Origin: an uncultured virus (IMG/VR IMGVR_UViG_3300044972_001024)
Taxonomy: Duplodnaviria; Heunggongvirae; Uroviricota; Caudoviricetes
Reading direction: 5' to 3' (one strand)
Length of the DNA: 63,337 nucleotides
Virus record (IMG/VR): IMGVR_UViG_3300044972_001024
Part shown: in pieces, positions 28,228 through 38,333 of the stretch
Position numbering within the stretch: position 1 is the first letter of the stretch
How the letters are laid out: each line of letters opens with the position of its first letter
Position numbers and translations under genes: made by a program
The notes under the pieces: model-generated
The model's input: the letters and a program-made list of their open reading frames with translations, nothing else
What the model was told of the DNA's origin: nothing
Database searches by the model: none

Positions 28228-29049
28228 ATGTCTACAGCAAAATTTGAAAAACTTATTGATCTTATTATCAATGAAGACAATGAGAAAGCGGAACAATTAT
28301 TTCACGAAATCGTAGTTGAAAAATCACGCGATATTTATGAATCACTGATTAACGAAGACATGACCAGTGGTTTTGTTGACGAAGTTACTTCTGAAGAAGA
28401 AGGCATGGATGGAATGATGGAAGATGATGAATTCCTAGATGACGAAGAAATTGAAGGTGACTATGATGTTGATGGTGAAGATGGCGATGTTGAGTTTGAC
28501 GATGAAGTTGAACTAGACAGTGACGAAGAAGGTGAAGAATACGAAGAAGAAGAACTTGAAGATCGGGTTGTTGATCTTGAAGACAAACTTGATCAATTAA
28601 TGGCCGAATTTGAACAAGAATTTGGTGGTGATGAAGAAGCTGGCGAAGAAGAATTTGGTAGCGAAGAAGGCGACGAAGAAAGTGACGTTATGGAAGCCGT
28701 TGAATTAAAAAAGGTTTCAGTAACACATACTGACGGAGCCGATGGTTCATCAAAGAAAAGCACAGTAGACGCTAACAGTGGTCAAAAAGGAATGGCATCA
28801 AAGCCAGTTAACTTTAGTGGTAGTTCAGAATCAGTTCCTACTAGCCCAAAGAAGCCAACAAATTATGGCGCTAAAGGCGAAACAGAAGTTAAAGGTGCTG
28901 GATCATTCAAGAACAAAGTTGGTGGCGATGCTAGCAACGGTTCAGGTAAGGGTGAAAGTGCTCCTAAGCCAACTAAAACACAGGCTAGTGGTACAAATGA
29001 GCGCAGTGCGGTTCCAGAAAGCCGTCGCACTACCAAGCGTAGAATCTAA
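28228..29049 (+). CDS. Acidic prohead core-like protein
   Basis: Very Glu/Asp-rich middle, basic C-terminus; between portal and protease; AGGAG RBS; GCTAAATA at 28186-28193. Confidence 0.65.
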   Translation: MSTAKFEKLIDLIINEDNEKAEQLFHEIVVEKSRDIYESLINEDMTSGFVDEVTSEEEGMDGMMEDDEFLDDEEIEGDYDVDGEDGDVEFDDEVELDSDEEGEEYEEEELEDRVVDLEDKLDQLMAEFEQEFGGDEEAGEEEFGSEEGDEESDVMEAVELKKVSVTHTDGADGSSKKSTVDANSGQKGMASKPVNFSGSSESVPTSPKKPTNYGAKGETEVKGAGSFKNKVGGDASNGSGKGESAPKPTKTQASGTNERSAVPESRRTTKRRI

Positions 29050-29063
29050 AGGATAAGGTATAA

Positions 29064-29705
29064 ATGGCTTTGTATCTTAGAGAGAACTTAACATTCGACA
29101 GAGCGAACCTCATAGTCGAATCAGTTAAGGAAGAAGGTGATAAAAAATCTCTTTATATGAGAGGAATTTTTATCCAGGGGGGGGTGAAGAACGCAAATGA
29201 GCGTGTTTACCCCGTTCCTGAAATTGAACAAGCCGTTGTAACTTTAAACGAACAAATCCGAAATGGAAACTCAGTATTGGGTGAAATCGATCATCCAGAT
29301 GATTTGAAAATAAATCTAGATAGAGTTAGTCATATCATCACAGAAATGTGGATGGATGGCGCTAATGGTTTCGGTAAATTAAAAATTATTCCAACTCCAA
29401 TGGGACAGTTAGCTGCCACCATGTTAGAGAATGGAGTCAAACTCGGCGTTAGTAGCAGAGGCAGCGGTAACGTTGATGAAGCTACAGGCAAAGTCAGTGA
29501 TTTTGAAATAGTCACTGTGGACATCGTGGCACAACCCAGTGCTCCAAATGCATACCCAAAAGCAATCTATGAAGGACTCATGAACATGAAAAATGGTCAT
29601 CGTGTACTAGAAAACTTAAAAGGTACAAATTTGGACAAGGATGCTAAAGTCCAAAAATTCTTGAAAGAAGAGGTAACTCGTCTTATCAAGGACTTAAAAA
29701 TTTAA
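29064..29705 (+). CDS. gp21: Prohead protease, T4 gp21-like
   Basis: GIFIQGGVKNANERVY, LGEIDHP, GVSSRGSG, DIVAQPSAPNA. Confidence 0.95.
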   Translation: MALYLRENLTFDRANLIVESVKEEGDKKSLYMRGIFIQGGVKNANERVYPVPEIEQAVVTLNEQIRNGNSVLGEIDHPDDLKINLDRVSHIITEMWMDGANGFGKLKIIPTPMGQLAATMLENGVKLGVSSRGSGNVDEATGKVSDFEIVTVDIVAQPSAPNAYPKAIYEGLMNMKNGHRVLENLKGTNLDKDAKVQKFLKEEVTRLIKDLKI

Positions 29706-29716
29706 AGGGGATATCA

Positions 29717-30820
29717 ATGTTTGATGCCATCAAACCATTACTTGAAAGCGGAATCGTTACTGAAGATACAGCCCAAGCCATTAATGAGGCATGGGAAGTA
29801 AAATTAAACGAAGCTCGCGAACAAGTTCGTTCAGAACTCCGTGAGGAATTCGCACAGAAATATGAGCATGACAAGAACGTAATGGTAGAAGCCCTTGATA
29901 AGATGGTTACTGAAGGTCTAACTGGTGAAATTACAGAATTTCAAACAGAAAGACAAGCAATGAATGAAGATCGTGTCAAAGCACAAGTTAAATTACGTGA
30001 AAATGTACAAAAATTCAATGAATTTATGGTTACTAAACTAGCCGAAGAAATCAAAGAATTACGTAATGATCGTAAAGTTCAAATGGAAGCTCGTGGTAAA
30101 CTAGAACAATTCGTAGTAACAGCTCTAGCCCGCGAAATTGGAGAATTTGAAACTGATAAACGTGCAGTAGTAGAAGCCAAGGTCAAATTAGTTGCAGAAG
30201 CTAAACACCAACTTGATTCACTTAAAGCTAAATTTGTAGCTGAAAGTGCCAAAAAAGTTAGTTCAGCAATCAGTACACATTTAACAGGCGAAATCAGTCA
30301 ATTGAAAGAAGACATTAAGAGTGCAAATGAAAACACTTTCGGTCGTCGTTTGTTCGAAGCCTTTGCCGCTGAATTTAGTTCAACACATTTGAACGAAAAA
30401 GCAGAGACACGTAAACTTCTTGCAATTTTAGATCAAAAAGATCAACAATTAGCTGAATCTATCGAAAATGCTAAACAATCACAACGTTTAGTAGAAAGTA
30501 AAAACCGTGAAGTTCGCATTATTAAAGAAAGTAACCTTCGTGAACGTACTATGAGTGAATTACTCGGAACACTAAATGAAGACAAAGCCCAAGTAATGAA
30601 GAACTTACTAGAAAGCGTCCAAACACCAAAATTGAAAGGCGCATTCGACAAGTATCTACCAGCAGTATTGAATACATTAACAGAACAAAGACCAGTTGCT
30701 AAAAAACAAATGGTTTCTGAAAGTGTAGCAATTACTGGTGATAAATCTGCCAAGAAAACAGAAGTTGAGACCCAAGAACGTGATAACGTGATTGATATCA
30801 AGCGTCTGGCAGGGCTTTAA
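29717..30820 (+). CDS. gp22: Prohead scaffold protein, gp22-like
   Basis: Coiled-coil, between protease and capsid gene, ends IKRLAGL. Confidence 0.8.
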   Translation: MFDAIKPLLESGIVTEDTAQAINEAWEVKLNEAREQVRSELREEFAQKYEHDKNVMVEALDKMVTEGLTGEITEFQTERQAMNEDRVKAQVKLRENVQKFNEFMVTKLAEEIKELRNDRKVQMEARGKLEQFVVTALAREIGEFETDKRAVVEAKVKLVAEAKHQLDSLKAKFVAESAKKVSSAISTHLTGEISQLKEDIKSANENTFGRRLFEAFAAEFSSTHLNEKAETRKLLAILDQKDQQLAESIENAKQSQRLVESKNREVRIIKESNLRERTMSELLGTLNEDKAQVMKNLLESVQTPKLKGAFDKYLPAVLNTLTEQRPVAKKQMVSESVAITGDKSAKKTEVETQERDNVIDIKRLAGL

Positions 30821-30849
30821 TCGACATACTATTAACAGGAGATAATTAA

Positions 30850-32046
30850 ATGTCAAAAGTACTATTAGAGAGCCGCTGGAATGAAACCAAAGAAGCCCTC
30901 CTTGAAGGTCTCAAAGGCGTCCGCCGCTCATCAATGGGTGTTATTTTAGAAAACACCAAAAAGCAACTACTTTCTGAAAGTAATGCTGGAACTACAACCG
31001 CTGGTAATATTGCCACACTAAACCGTGTCATTCTTCCAGTTATTCGCCGTGTTATGCCTACTGTTATCGCTAACGAGTTAATTGGTGTTCAACCAATGAC
31101 TGGTCCAGTTGGACAGATTCATACACTACGTGTTCGCTACGCTCAGAACTTGACAGACGAATCAGCAGCTCAAACTTCGGTTGTGGCTGGTGACGAAGCT
31201 CTATCACCATTCTTGATCGCTCAAGCGTATTCACGTACAAAGTCTGATGTTAATACAGCATACAGCTATACTGCAGCTCCAACCGCTACTCTTGAAGGTA
31301 ACGGCGGAAAAGCAATTAGTGTTCAGATTCTACGTCAAGCTGTTGAAGCCAAGAGCCGTAAGTTACAAGCTCGTTGGACATTCGAAGCTGCTCAAGACGC
31401 ACAATCAATGCATGGTATCGACGTTGAAGCCGAAATCATGGCCGCTTTAGCACAAGAAATTACTGCTGAAATTGACCAAGAAATTCTTCTTTCATTACGT
31501 CAGTTAGCTGCTACTGAATATACATACAACCAAGCTACCGTTTCTGGTACTGCTACATACGTTGGTGACGAACACGCTGCTTTAGCTGTTCTAATTAACC
31601 GTGTTGCTAACCTAATCGCCCAACGTACTCGTCGTGGAGCTGGTAACTGGTGTGTTGTTTCTTCAGAAATGTTGACTGTTCTTCAGTCTGCTACAACATC
31701 AGCTTTTGCCCGTACTACAGAAGGTACATTCGAAGCACCTACTAATACAAAATTAGTCGGTACATTGAACAATGCAATGCGCGTTTTCGTTGACTCATAT
31801 GCTCCAAGTGGAACACCAGTTCTAGTTGGTTATAAGGGTTCTTCAGAAACAGACGCAGCTGCTTTCTACTGCCCATATATTCCATTAATGAGCAGTGGTG
31901 TTGTTCTAGATCCACAGACATTCGAACCAGTCGTTTCGTTTATGACGAGATACGGCTACGTCGAGCTTACAAACACAGCATCCAGCTTTGGTAATGCTGC
32001 TGATTATGTCGGTGAGATAGCTGTAACCAACATCAGTTTCCAATAA
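30850..32046 (+). CDS. gp23: Major capsid protein, T4 gp23-like
   Basis: IGVQPMTGPVGQI, VEAKSRKLQARWTFEAAQD, FYCPYIPL, FMTRYG. Confidence 0.96.
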   Translation: MSKVLLESRWNETKEALLEGLKGVRRSSMGVILENTKKQLLSESNAGTTTAGNIATLNRVILPVIRRVMPTVIANELIGVQPMTGPVGQIHTLRVRYAQNLTDESAAQTSVVAGDEALSPFLIAQAYSRTKSDVNTAYSYTAAPTATLEGNGGKAISVQILRQAVEAKSRKLQARWTFEAAQDAQSMHGIDVEAEIMAALAQEITAEIDQEILLSLRQLAATEYTYNQATVSGTATYVGDEHAALAVLINRVANLIAQRTRRGAGNWCVVSSEMLTVLQSATTSAFARTTEGTFEAPTNTKLVGTLNNAMRVFVDSYAPSGTPVLVGYKGSSETDAAAFYCPYIPLMSSGVVLDPQTFEPVVSFMTRYGYVELTNTASSFGNAADYVGEIAVTNISFQ

Positions 32047-32065
32047 TTTTATTGGTATTGATAAT

Positions 32066-32093
32066 AAAAAAGGGACCTTCGGGTCCCTTTTTT
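32066..32093. terminator. Bidirectional intrinsic terminator
   Basis: AAAAAA-GGGACC-TTCG-GGTCCC-TTTTTT between convergent capsid and HNH genes. Confidence 0.92.
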
Positions 32094-32109
32094 ACGCTGA
32101 TCGCTTCAT

Positions 32110-32847
32110 TCATGGCCGACCTAATGACCAACCATCATCAAGATATGATTGAAGATCATCTGAGATTGCTCTCTTTTCTATTCCGTTCTTGTTGATGATT
32201 TTTCTACCACGATTGGCGGCAGCAACAGATTCACCGTGACCTTTTCGTTTAGGTTTGCCTGTCAATGTTTTACTTACTTGTGACCTAAATTCATCACTTT
32301 TGGGTTTGGGTATTCCTTTTTGAGACATACTCATTTTACTTTTTGTTTCTTCGGTATTTTTTCTACCTCTATGTTTGGCTGCAGCCTGTTCACTGGCCTT
32401 TGGGTCACGTTTTTTACCACGATTTTTTACACCACCTTTACAACGAGGATCATCTTTCATATCAAGACCTTTATTCCAAGGTTCTCGTCCTTTCATATTT
32501 TCGCTATGATTCTTACTCCATTCTAACCGATTCTTCTCATAGGCACGAACAATAGCATATGATGATTGACGTTCCATATGTTCTCCATAAACACCCATCA
32601 TATTGAAAGCATAGATCATTTTTGATCTGTTTTCTCCAGCGGTCATTTTAGTTAGAAGCCAATGACACCAAGCGTGATCATGTCCAGTTAATTTGACAAG
32701 ATTACCTGGTGAATCATCTCCTCCTAGACTCCGTGGGATAATATGGTGTATTTCACCACGAGAGTCTTTATCTAAAATGGCTCGTTTTTCGATGATACTA
32801 TAGTACCATCGTGTGTATTTTGTGTTGTTAAATTGGTTCATGAACAT
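32110..32847 (-). CDS. Free-standing HNH homing endonuclease with NUMOD3-like basic repeats
   Basis: EIHHIIPRSLGGDDSPGNLVKLTGHDHAWCHWLL; PWNKG; TEETKSKMS; ends YLDDGWSLGR. Confidence 0.88.
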   Translation of the reverse strand: MFMNQFNNTKYTRWYYSIIEKRAILDKDSRGEIHHIIPRSLGGDDSPGNLVKLTGHDHAWCHWLLTKMTAGENRSKMIYAFNMMGVYGEHMERQSSYAIVRAYEKNRLEWSKNHSENMKGREPWNKGLDMKDDPRCKGGVKNRGKKRDPKASEQAAAKHRGRKNTEETKSKMSMSQKGIPKPKSDEFRSQVSKTLTGKPKRKGHGESVAAANRGRKIINKNGIEKRAISDDLQSYLDDGWSLGRP

Positions 32848-32888
32848 ATTTATCTTTCGCTGTTACTAATATTACTTTTCAATAACCA

Positions 32889-32917
32889 ACTATACACTGT
32901 CATTCATTAAATGTCAA
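32889..32917 (-). promoter_or_regulatory. Sigma70-type promoter upstream of HNH gene
   Basis: TTGACA-17 nt-TATAGT on - strand. Confidence 0.65.
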
Positions 32918-32964
32918 CAAATCTGGATAAAAAAGATAAATACAGTATATTATAGGATACTACT

Positions 32965-33912
32965 ATGTTAGACAACCAATCACAGATGAGATCAATGCTA
33001 AATTTAATTGAAGCAGTAGATCAAGGTAAAAAAATCAATTTAAATGAAGATATTGGCGGAGCATTAACCGGCGGAGCAATTGGATCAATGGTAGGTGGTT
33101 TACCAGGTGCTGCCATTGGTGGATGGTTAGGTGATAAAGTCACTGGTGATGACAAAGAAGTATCTGAAGACAGTGGTTCTAGTAGTGATATAGAAACATT
33201 GGCTAATGATGCACTTGATGCTGCTGCTCTAAGTATTCAAGATGCACTTGGTGTAGAACATGGTGATTTTGCTGGAATGTTTTTCACTGGTGAAGCTGGT
33301 GAAACTATCTTAGAAATTCTCAGAGACTATGCTAGAGAAGAAATGAAAAATAAAAGTGAAAATGATAATTCACAAACTTTAGATGAAGGCGCTATGAAGC
33401 GGTATCTTGAAGATCAAGCAATGTCTATGGAGAAAGAAGATTTTGTGGCAAATGCAGATGAATATGGTATGAGTTCAGAAGAAGCCGTTGAATGGTGGAA
33501 TAACTGTAATGGTGTAGATGATGAGTTAAACGAAGCTGCTAGTCGTAAAGATTTTCGTCAAGTAGCCGAACTTATCAAAGAAATTCCTGATGAAAGCAAG
33601 CGTAAAGAATTAGCCAATCATCACTGTGAGATTTTCAAAAAACAAAATCCGCGTTTTAGTCGTGAAAAGTTCATGAAATATATTGGTATTGATGAATCAT
33701 TGAATGAAGATAGTGGTGGTGATATTGAAGTTAACTTTATCAATAGTGGAACTGGTCAGAAGTTAGGTATGAAAACAGTTCAAGCTGGTAGTATTACATT
33801 AGATAATTATGGACGTCCAGTTATGAAAGTTTCATCTCCATTTGCATCTGGTAATACGTTAATGGCTAATTTTGATTCTAAAACTGGTGGATGGGTTGTT
33901 GATTTAGACTAA
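32965..33912 (+). CDS. Putative internal head protein, modular, with glycine-zipper segment
   Basis: GATAAATA at 32935-32942; acidic; recurrent LNE/LDE/VSE linkers; GGALTGGAIGSMVGGLPGAAIGG. Confidence 0.6.
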   Translation: MLDNQSQMRSMLNLIEAVDQGKKINLNEDIGGALTGGAIGSMVGGLPGAAIGGWLGDKVTGDDKEVSEDSGSSSDIETLANDALDAAALSIQDALGVEHGDFAGMFFTGEAGETILEILRDYAREEMKNKSENDNSQTLDEGAMKRYLEDQAMSMEKEDFVANADEYGMSSEEAVEWWNNCNGVDDELNEAASRKDFRQVAELIKEIPDESKRKELANHHCEIFKKQNPRFSREKFMKYIGIDESLNEDSGGDIEVNFINSGTGQKLGMKTVQAGSITLDNYGRPVMKVSSPFASGNTLMANFDSKTGGWVVDLD

Positions 33913-34230
33913 TTACAATCTAATATCTTCCCAATTAATAGTAGCATCTACTGTTAATTCCGCCCTCTTTTTGATATTTTTCAATCTGAGGGCGTTACAA
34001 TTTTGGCAGATAGTTTCTTTATTAATCAAACACAATTGACAACTATCAATTGCTTCAAAGTTACATATACTGCACTTTGAATCTTTTTTCTTTTTGGTAT
34101 ATTTTAATTTTGCACAATGATTGCATAAAGTATGCCATCGCTGATAGCCACTTACACTACGACCATTTGGTCTTGATGGTAATTTATTACATTCTTTACA
34201 CATGGGTCTGATAGATTGTTGTTTTAGCAT
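33913..34230 (-). CDS. Small Cys-rich zinc-finger protein (degenerate HNH-like)
   Basis: Five CxxC pairs (CKEC, CNHC, CSIC, CQLC, CQNC); likely start 34230, 5 nt after CATAAATA. Confidence 0.65.
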   Translation of the reverse strand: MLKQQSIRPMCKECNKLPSRPNGRSVSGYQRWHTLCNHCAKLKYTKKKKDSKCSICNFEAIDSCQLCLINKETICQNCNALRLKNIKKRAELTVDATINWEDIRL

Positions 34231-34319
34231 TATAATATTTATGTTATAAGTCATGGGACCCTAGTTTTGAAGATTAATTTAAATATAATACGATAAATAT
34301 TACTATAACTGGATAAAGC

Positions 34320-37300
34320 ATGGCACAACAAATTATTAACATTGGAGCTGCGTCAAACGATGGTAATGGCGATCCTCTAAGACTTGCATTTGAAAAGATC
34401 AACGAGAACTTCACTCAACTATATAGTTTGGGATCCAATGGAATTGTAGCTCCGCCACCCGGAGCAGTTCAATTTGCGTCCACTAATAATCTTGCGACAA
34501 TTGCCTATAATAGTGGTACATGGGTAATATTCGGATCACCATTACGATATTTTTACAGTACAGATGGAATAAACTGGAGTAATCAAAGTAGCCCTGTCAA
34601 TCAACCATTAAATTCAGTTGTTCCGACATTATTGGGATTTATTGCAGTTGGAGATGCTGGTACAATTATTACTAGTTCAGACATTGCTACTACATGGACA
34701 ATACAAACTAGTGGAACTGTTGAAAATTTATTACGAGTATATTATACTGAGATTACTGGATTATATGTTGCAGTTGGTGAAAATGGAAAAATATTAACTA
34801 GTTTAGACGCTATTACTTGGACTTCAAGAGTTAGTGGAGTATCAGAAGATTTACGTGGTATATCATATGATGAAGTTAATGGTGTATATGTTGTAGTTGG
34901 TAATGCTGGTACAATATTATTAAGTGCAGATGCGATAGATTGGATTGGACAAGATGGTGAAGTTGTTGATAATTTAAGTAGTGTTGTATTTGATGGTTCC
35001 AACTATATTGCTACTGGTGATAATGGTACAATTATTGTAAGTTATGATGGTATAACATGGACTGCATCAATTAGTGGAACGGTTGAAAATCTTAATACTA
35101 TTACATATGGAACAGATGGTATTGTTAATACGTTAGTAACAGCCGGATCAAACGGATCTCAATTAACTAGTAGTGATGGTGGAACATCATGGACTACTAA
35201 TAGTACTGGAACAACTAGTGATTTAATTAATAGTATATATGGTAGTGGTGAATATTATATAGTTGGTACAGACGGAATAATTATTAGCAGTATAACTGGA
35301 TCTAGTTGGACTGATCTTAGTATACCAAATGGTCTTGATGGTAGTAGTAATTTTATTTTTGATGTTGATACCAGTACATTAAACATTAGTAATATTGATG
35401 TTGGTAATGTTACTGCAAATATATCTATTAGTAACTTTGCCACGGCCGATCAATTGGTAGTATATACTCGTGCTAATTTAGGAGATATTGGAAATGTAGT
35501 TATTACTGGTGGTGCTAGTGGATTTGTAGCAAGTACTGATGGTAATGGTAATTTATATTGGGGTAATGCTATTGGATCAGATGGTGCTACTGGTGCAACT
35601 GGATTAACTGGTGCTACTGGTGTAGATGGTAAATCTGTAACTATTATTGGATCTGTAGTAGATGTAAATGTAATTCCCCCTGGCAATCCGCAAATATTAT
35701 TAGATACAGATTTTCCAGATGCTGAAATTGGTGATGGAGTATTAGATCAATCCACTGGTGATTTATGGGTTTATGATGGTGTATTATGGACTAACGTAGG
35801 GACAATTGCTGGCCCTATAGGTGCAACTGGATTAGATGGTGCTACAGGTGCCACTGGACCTCAAGGAGCAACTGGATTTACTGGTGCAACAGGCGCTAGT
35901 GGAATTCAAGGTGAAATTGGATCAACTGGTGCAACTGGACTTCAAGGTTCTACTGGACTTCAAGGTTCTACTGGATTAGATGGTCCATCTGGTGCTACAG
36001 GTAGTGGTGCTACAGGTGCAACTGGGGCTAGTGGTGTTCAAGGAGAGATTGGGGCCACAGGTGCTAGCGGAAATATTGGAGCCACTGGTGTTCAAGGAGA
36101 AATTGGCGCCACTGGATTAACTGGACAGATAGGATCAACCGGATCAACTGGATTAACTGGAGAAATTGGAGCCACCGGATTACAAGGAGCCACTGGATTA
36201 ATAGGATATGATGGCGCAACCGGATTTACTGGTGCAACCGGCAATGATGGTCCCCCAGGGGCAAGCGGAGCTACTGGATCTGGAGCGACAGGCGCTACAG
36301 GAGCCACTGGCGTTCAAGGAGATCACGGTGCTACCGGATTAACAGGCGCTACTGGTAGTGGTGCCACAGGCGCTAGTGGTATTGATGGTCAAAATGGATC
36401 TACGGGCGCAACTGGACCACAAGGAGATATTGGTGCTACTGGAGTAGCTGGCACATCAGTAACTATTATAGGTTCTATTCCCAATGTATATGTTGATCCA
36501 CCGAATGACCCTCAGATAATATTAAATGTGACCTTTCCATCTGCGGTTGATGGTAACGGTGTCATCGATGATTTGTCAGGTAATCTATGGGTATATACTG
36601 GCACATTGTGGAATGATGTCGGACAGATAGTAGGTCCTCAAGGTGCAACCGGTTTAACAGGCGCTAGTGGATTAGATGGTGCTACTGGATCTAGTGGATA
36701 TGATGGTGCTACTGGCGCTAGTGGATCAATCGGATCTAGTGGTATTGATGGTGCTACAGGACCACAAGGATATGATGGTGCTACAGGACCACAAGGATAT
36801 GATGGTGCTACTGGCGCTAGTGGTGTTCAAGGCGAGATTGGTGCAACTGGTATTCAAGGATTTGAAGGTTCTACTGGATCAACGGGACTCACTGGAAGTA
36901 CTGGTTTAACGGGAGAACAAGGATCAACTGGACCACAAGGAGAACAAGGTGCAACTGGATCACAGGGATTAGATGGTGCAACTGGATTAGATGGTCCTAC
37001 AGGTGCCACTGGTGTTCAAGGAGAGATTGGTGCAACTGGATTAGATGGAGCTACTGGTAGTGGATCAACTGGATTTACTGGCGCTACAGGTGCAACTGGT
37101 GTTCAAGGAGAGATTGGTGCAACTGGTAGTGGATCCACAGGTGCATCTGGACAAGGACTTATATTTAAAGGTGAATGGAATGATATTGATTTATATGATC
37201 CATATGATGTTGTAACATATAGTGGTGGATCATATATATGTATAAATTATAATGGACCAAATGTCAGTCCTTATAATACTAGTTTTTGGACATTAATTGC

Positions 37301-37934
37301 GGCAAAAGGGTCAACTGGATTAGATGGTGCTACTGGATCTAGTGGATATGATGGTGCTACTGGTGCTAGTGGTTTCGATGGTTCCACTGGTCCACAAGGA
37401 TATGATGGTGCTACAGGTAGTGGTGCTACTGGCGCTAGTGGTATTGATGGTGCGACAGGACCACAAGGATATCAAGGTGCCACTGGATATACTGGTTCTA
37501 CTGGACCTGCTGGTATTATAACTGATGATACAACCACGGATGATACATTTTTTCCTGCATTTTCTTATTATACTAGCGGTGCGTTGACAAATGTTTATGT
37601 AAGTAGTACTAAATTAACATTCAATCCAAGCACTGGACAGTTAAATGCCGTAGAAGTTAACTCTACTAGCGATGAAACATTGAAAGAAAATATTGAAAGT
37701 ATTGTTAGCCCATTAAGTATTTTGAATCAAATTAATGGAGTTTCTTTTAATTGGAAAGATTGGGGTAAGAAATCTTATGGAGTTATTGCTCAGCAGTTGG
37801 CTAAAATTTTACCAGAATTAGTATCAAAAAATCAGAATGGATTATCAGTTTCATATCTGCCATTAATAGCTATTTTAATTGAGGCTGTTAAGGAACAACA
37901 GATACAAATTGATGAAATTAGAAATACAAAATAA
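34320..37934 (+). CDS. Fibre protein: baseplate-anchor motif, beta-propeller, collagen-like tracts, CBM-like module, S74 chaperone
   Basis: [26 protein letters not shown] (gp9/gp10-type N-terminus); S-x-DG-x-x-W BNR-like repeats; G-A-T collagen; [38 protein letters not shown] 34292-34299. Confidence 0.85.
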   Translation: MAQQIINIGAASNDGNGDPLRLAFEKINENFTQLYSLGSNGIVAPPPGAVQFASTNNLATIAYNSGTWVIFGSPLRYFYSTDGINWSNQSSPVNQPLNSVVPTLLGFIAVGDAGTIITSSDIATTWTIQTSGTVENLLRVYYTEITGLYVAVGENGKILTSLDAITWTSRVSGVSEDLRGISYDEVNGVYVVVGNAGTILLSADAIDWIGQDGEVVDNLSSVVFDGSNYIATGDNGTIIVSYDGITWTASISGTVENLNTITYGTDGIVNTLVTAGSNGSQLTSSDGGTSWTTNSTGTTSDLINSIYGSGEYYIVGTDGIIISSITGSSWTDLSIPNGLDGSSNFIFDVDTSTLNISNIDVGNVTANISISNFATADQLVVYTRANLGDIGNVVITGGASGFVASTDGNGNLYWGNAIGSDGATGATGLTGATGVDGKSVTIIGSVVDVNVIPPGNPQILLDTDFPDAEIGDGVLDQSTGDLWVYDGVLWTNVGTIAGPIGATGLDGATGATGPQGATGFTGATGASGIQGEIGSTGATGLQGSTGLQGSTGLDGPSGATGSGATGATGASGVQGEIGATGASGNIGATGVQGEIGATGLTGQIGSTGSTGLTGEIGATGLQGATGLIGYDGATGFTGATGNDGPPGASGATGSGATGATGATGVQGDHGATGLTGATGSGATGASGIDGQNGSTGATGPQGDIGATGVAGTSVTIIGSIPNVYVDPPNDPQIILNVTFPSAVDGNGVIDDLSGNLWVYTGTLWNDVGQIVGPQGATGLTGASGLDGATGSSGYDGATGASGSIGSSGIDGATGPQGYDGATGPQGYDGATGASGVQGEIGATGIQGFEGSTGSTGLTGSTGLTGEQGSTGPQGEQGATGSQGLDGATGLDGPTGATGVQGEIGATGLDGATGSGSTGFTGATGATGVQGEIGATGSGSTGASGQGLIFKGEWNDIDLYDPYDVVTYSGGSYICINYNGPNVSPYNTSFWTLIAAKGSTGLDGATGSSGYDGATGASGFDGSTGPQGYDGATGSGATGASGIDGATGPQGYQGATGYTGSTGPAGIITDDTTTDDTFFPAFSYYTSGALTNVYVSSTKLTFNPSTGQLNAVEVNSTSDETLKENIESIVSPLSILNQINGVSFNWKDWGKKSYGVIAQQLAKILPELVSKNQNGLSVSYLPLIAILIEAVKEQQIQIDEIRNTK

Positions 37935-37952
37935 TTAAATGATAAATACAAG

Positions 37953-38327
37953 ATGAACATCAAAGACATAACCGGACCAGCATCAACAGTTAACATTCAA
38001 AATATGAATGTTTTTGTTGTTGGAGGAGACAGTAAACCCAAAGAATCTGAAAAAATTGTTAATCCGGGTGTTCAATATGGGTCAGACGGTGACGCTATGT
38101 GGAGTCCTCCTCTACAACAACAAATAGACACCATGAAAGATGCTGAGGGCCCTACTACTGATGATCCAACTGAGGAACCGACTGAAGTTGAAAAACAAGA
38201 TGCGGTTCAGAATGATGAAAAACGAGTAGATCCAAACTCTACTGAATCAGATAGTGATTCAACTCTTGAACGAATCAAGGAATTAGCTAGTATATTTGTA
38301 CCCGGAAGAAATTTCCCGGCAGGATAA
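37953..38327 (+). CDS. Hypothetical late protein
   Basis: 124 aa acidic; WSPPLQQ; GATAAATA 37941-37948. Confidence 0.7.
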   Translation: MNIKDITGPASTVNIQNMNVFVVGGDSKPKESEKIVNPGVQYGSDGDAMWSPPLQQQIDTMKDAEGPTTDDPTEEPTEVEKQDAVQNDEKRVDPNSTESDSDSTLERIKELASIFVPGRNFPAG

Positions 38328-38333
38328 AACATC

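Noticed and set aside
29177..29184. G8 homopolymer in the prohead protease as a phase-variation or frameshift site
   Set aside because: Encodes in-frame Q-G-G-V in a conserved motif of an essential gene; no evidence for a meaningful alternative frame
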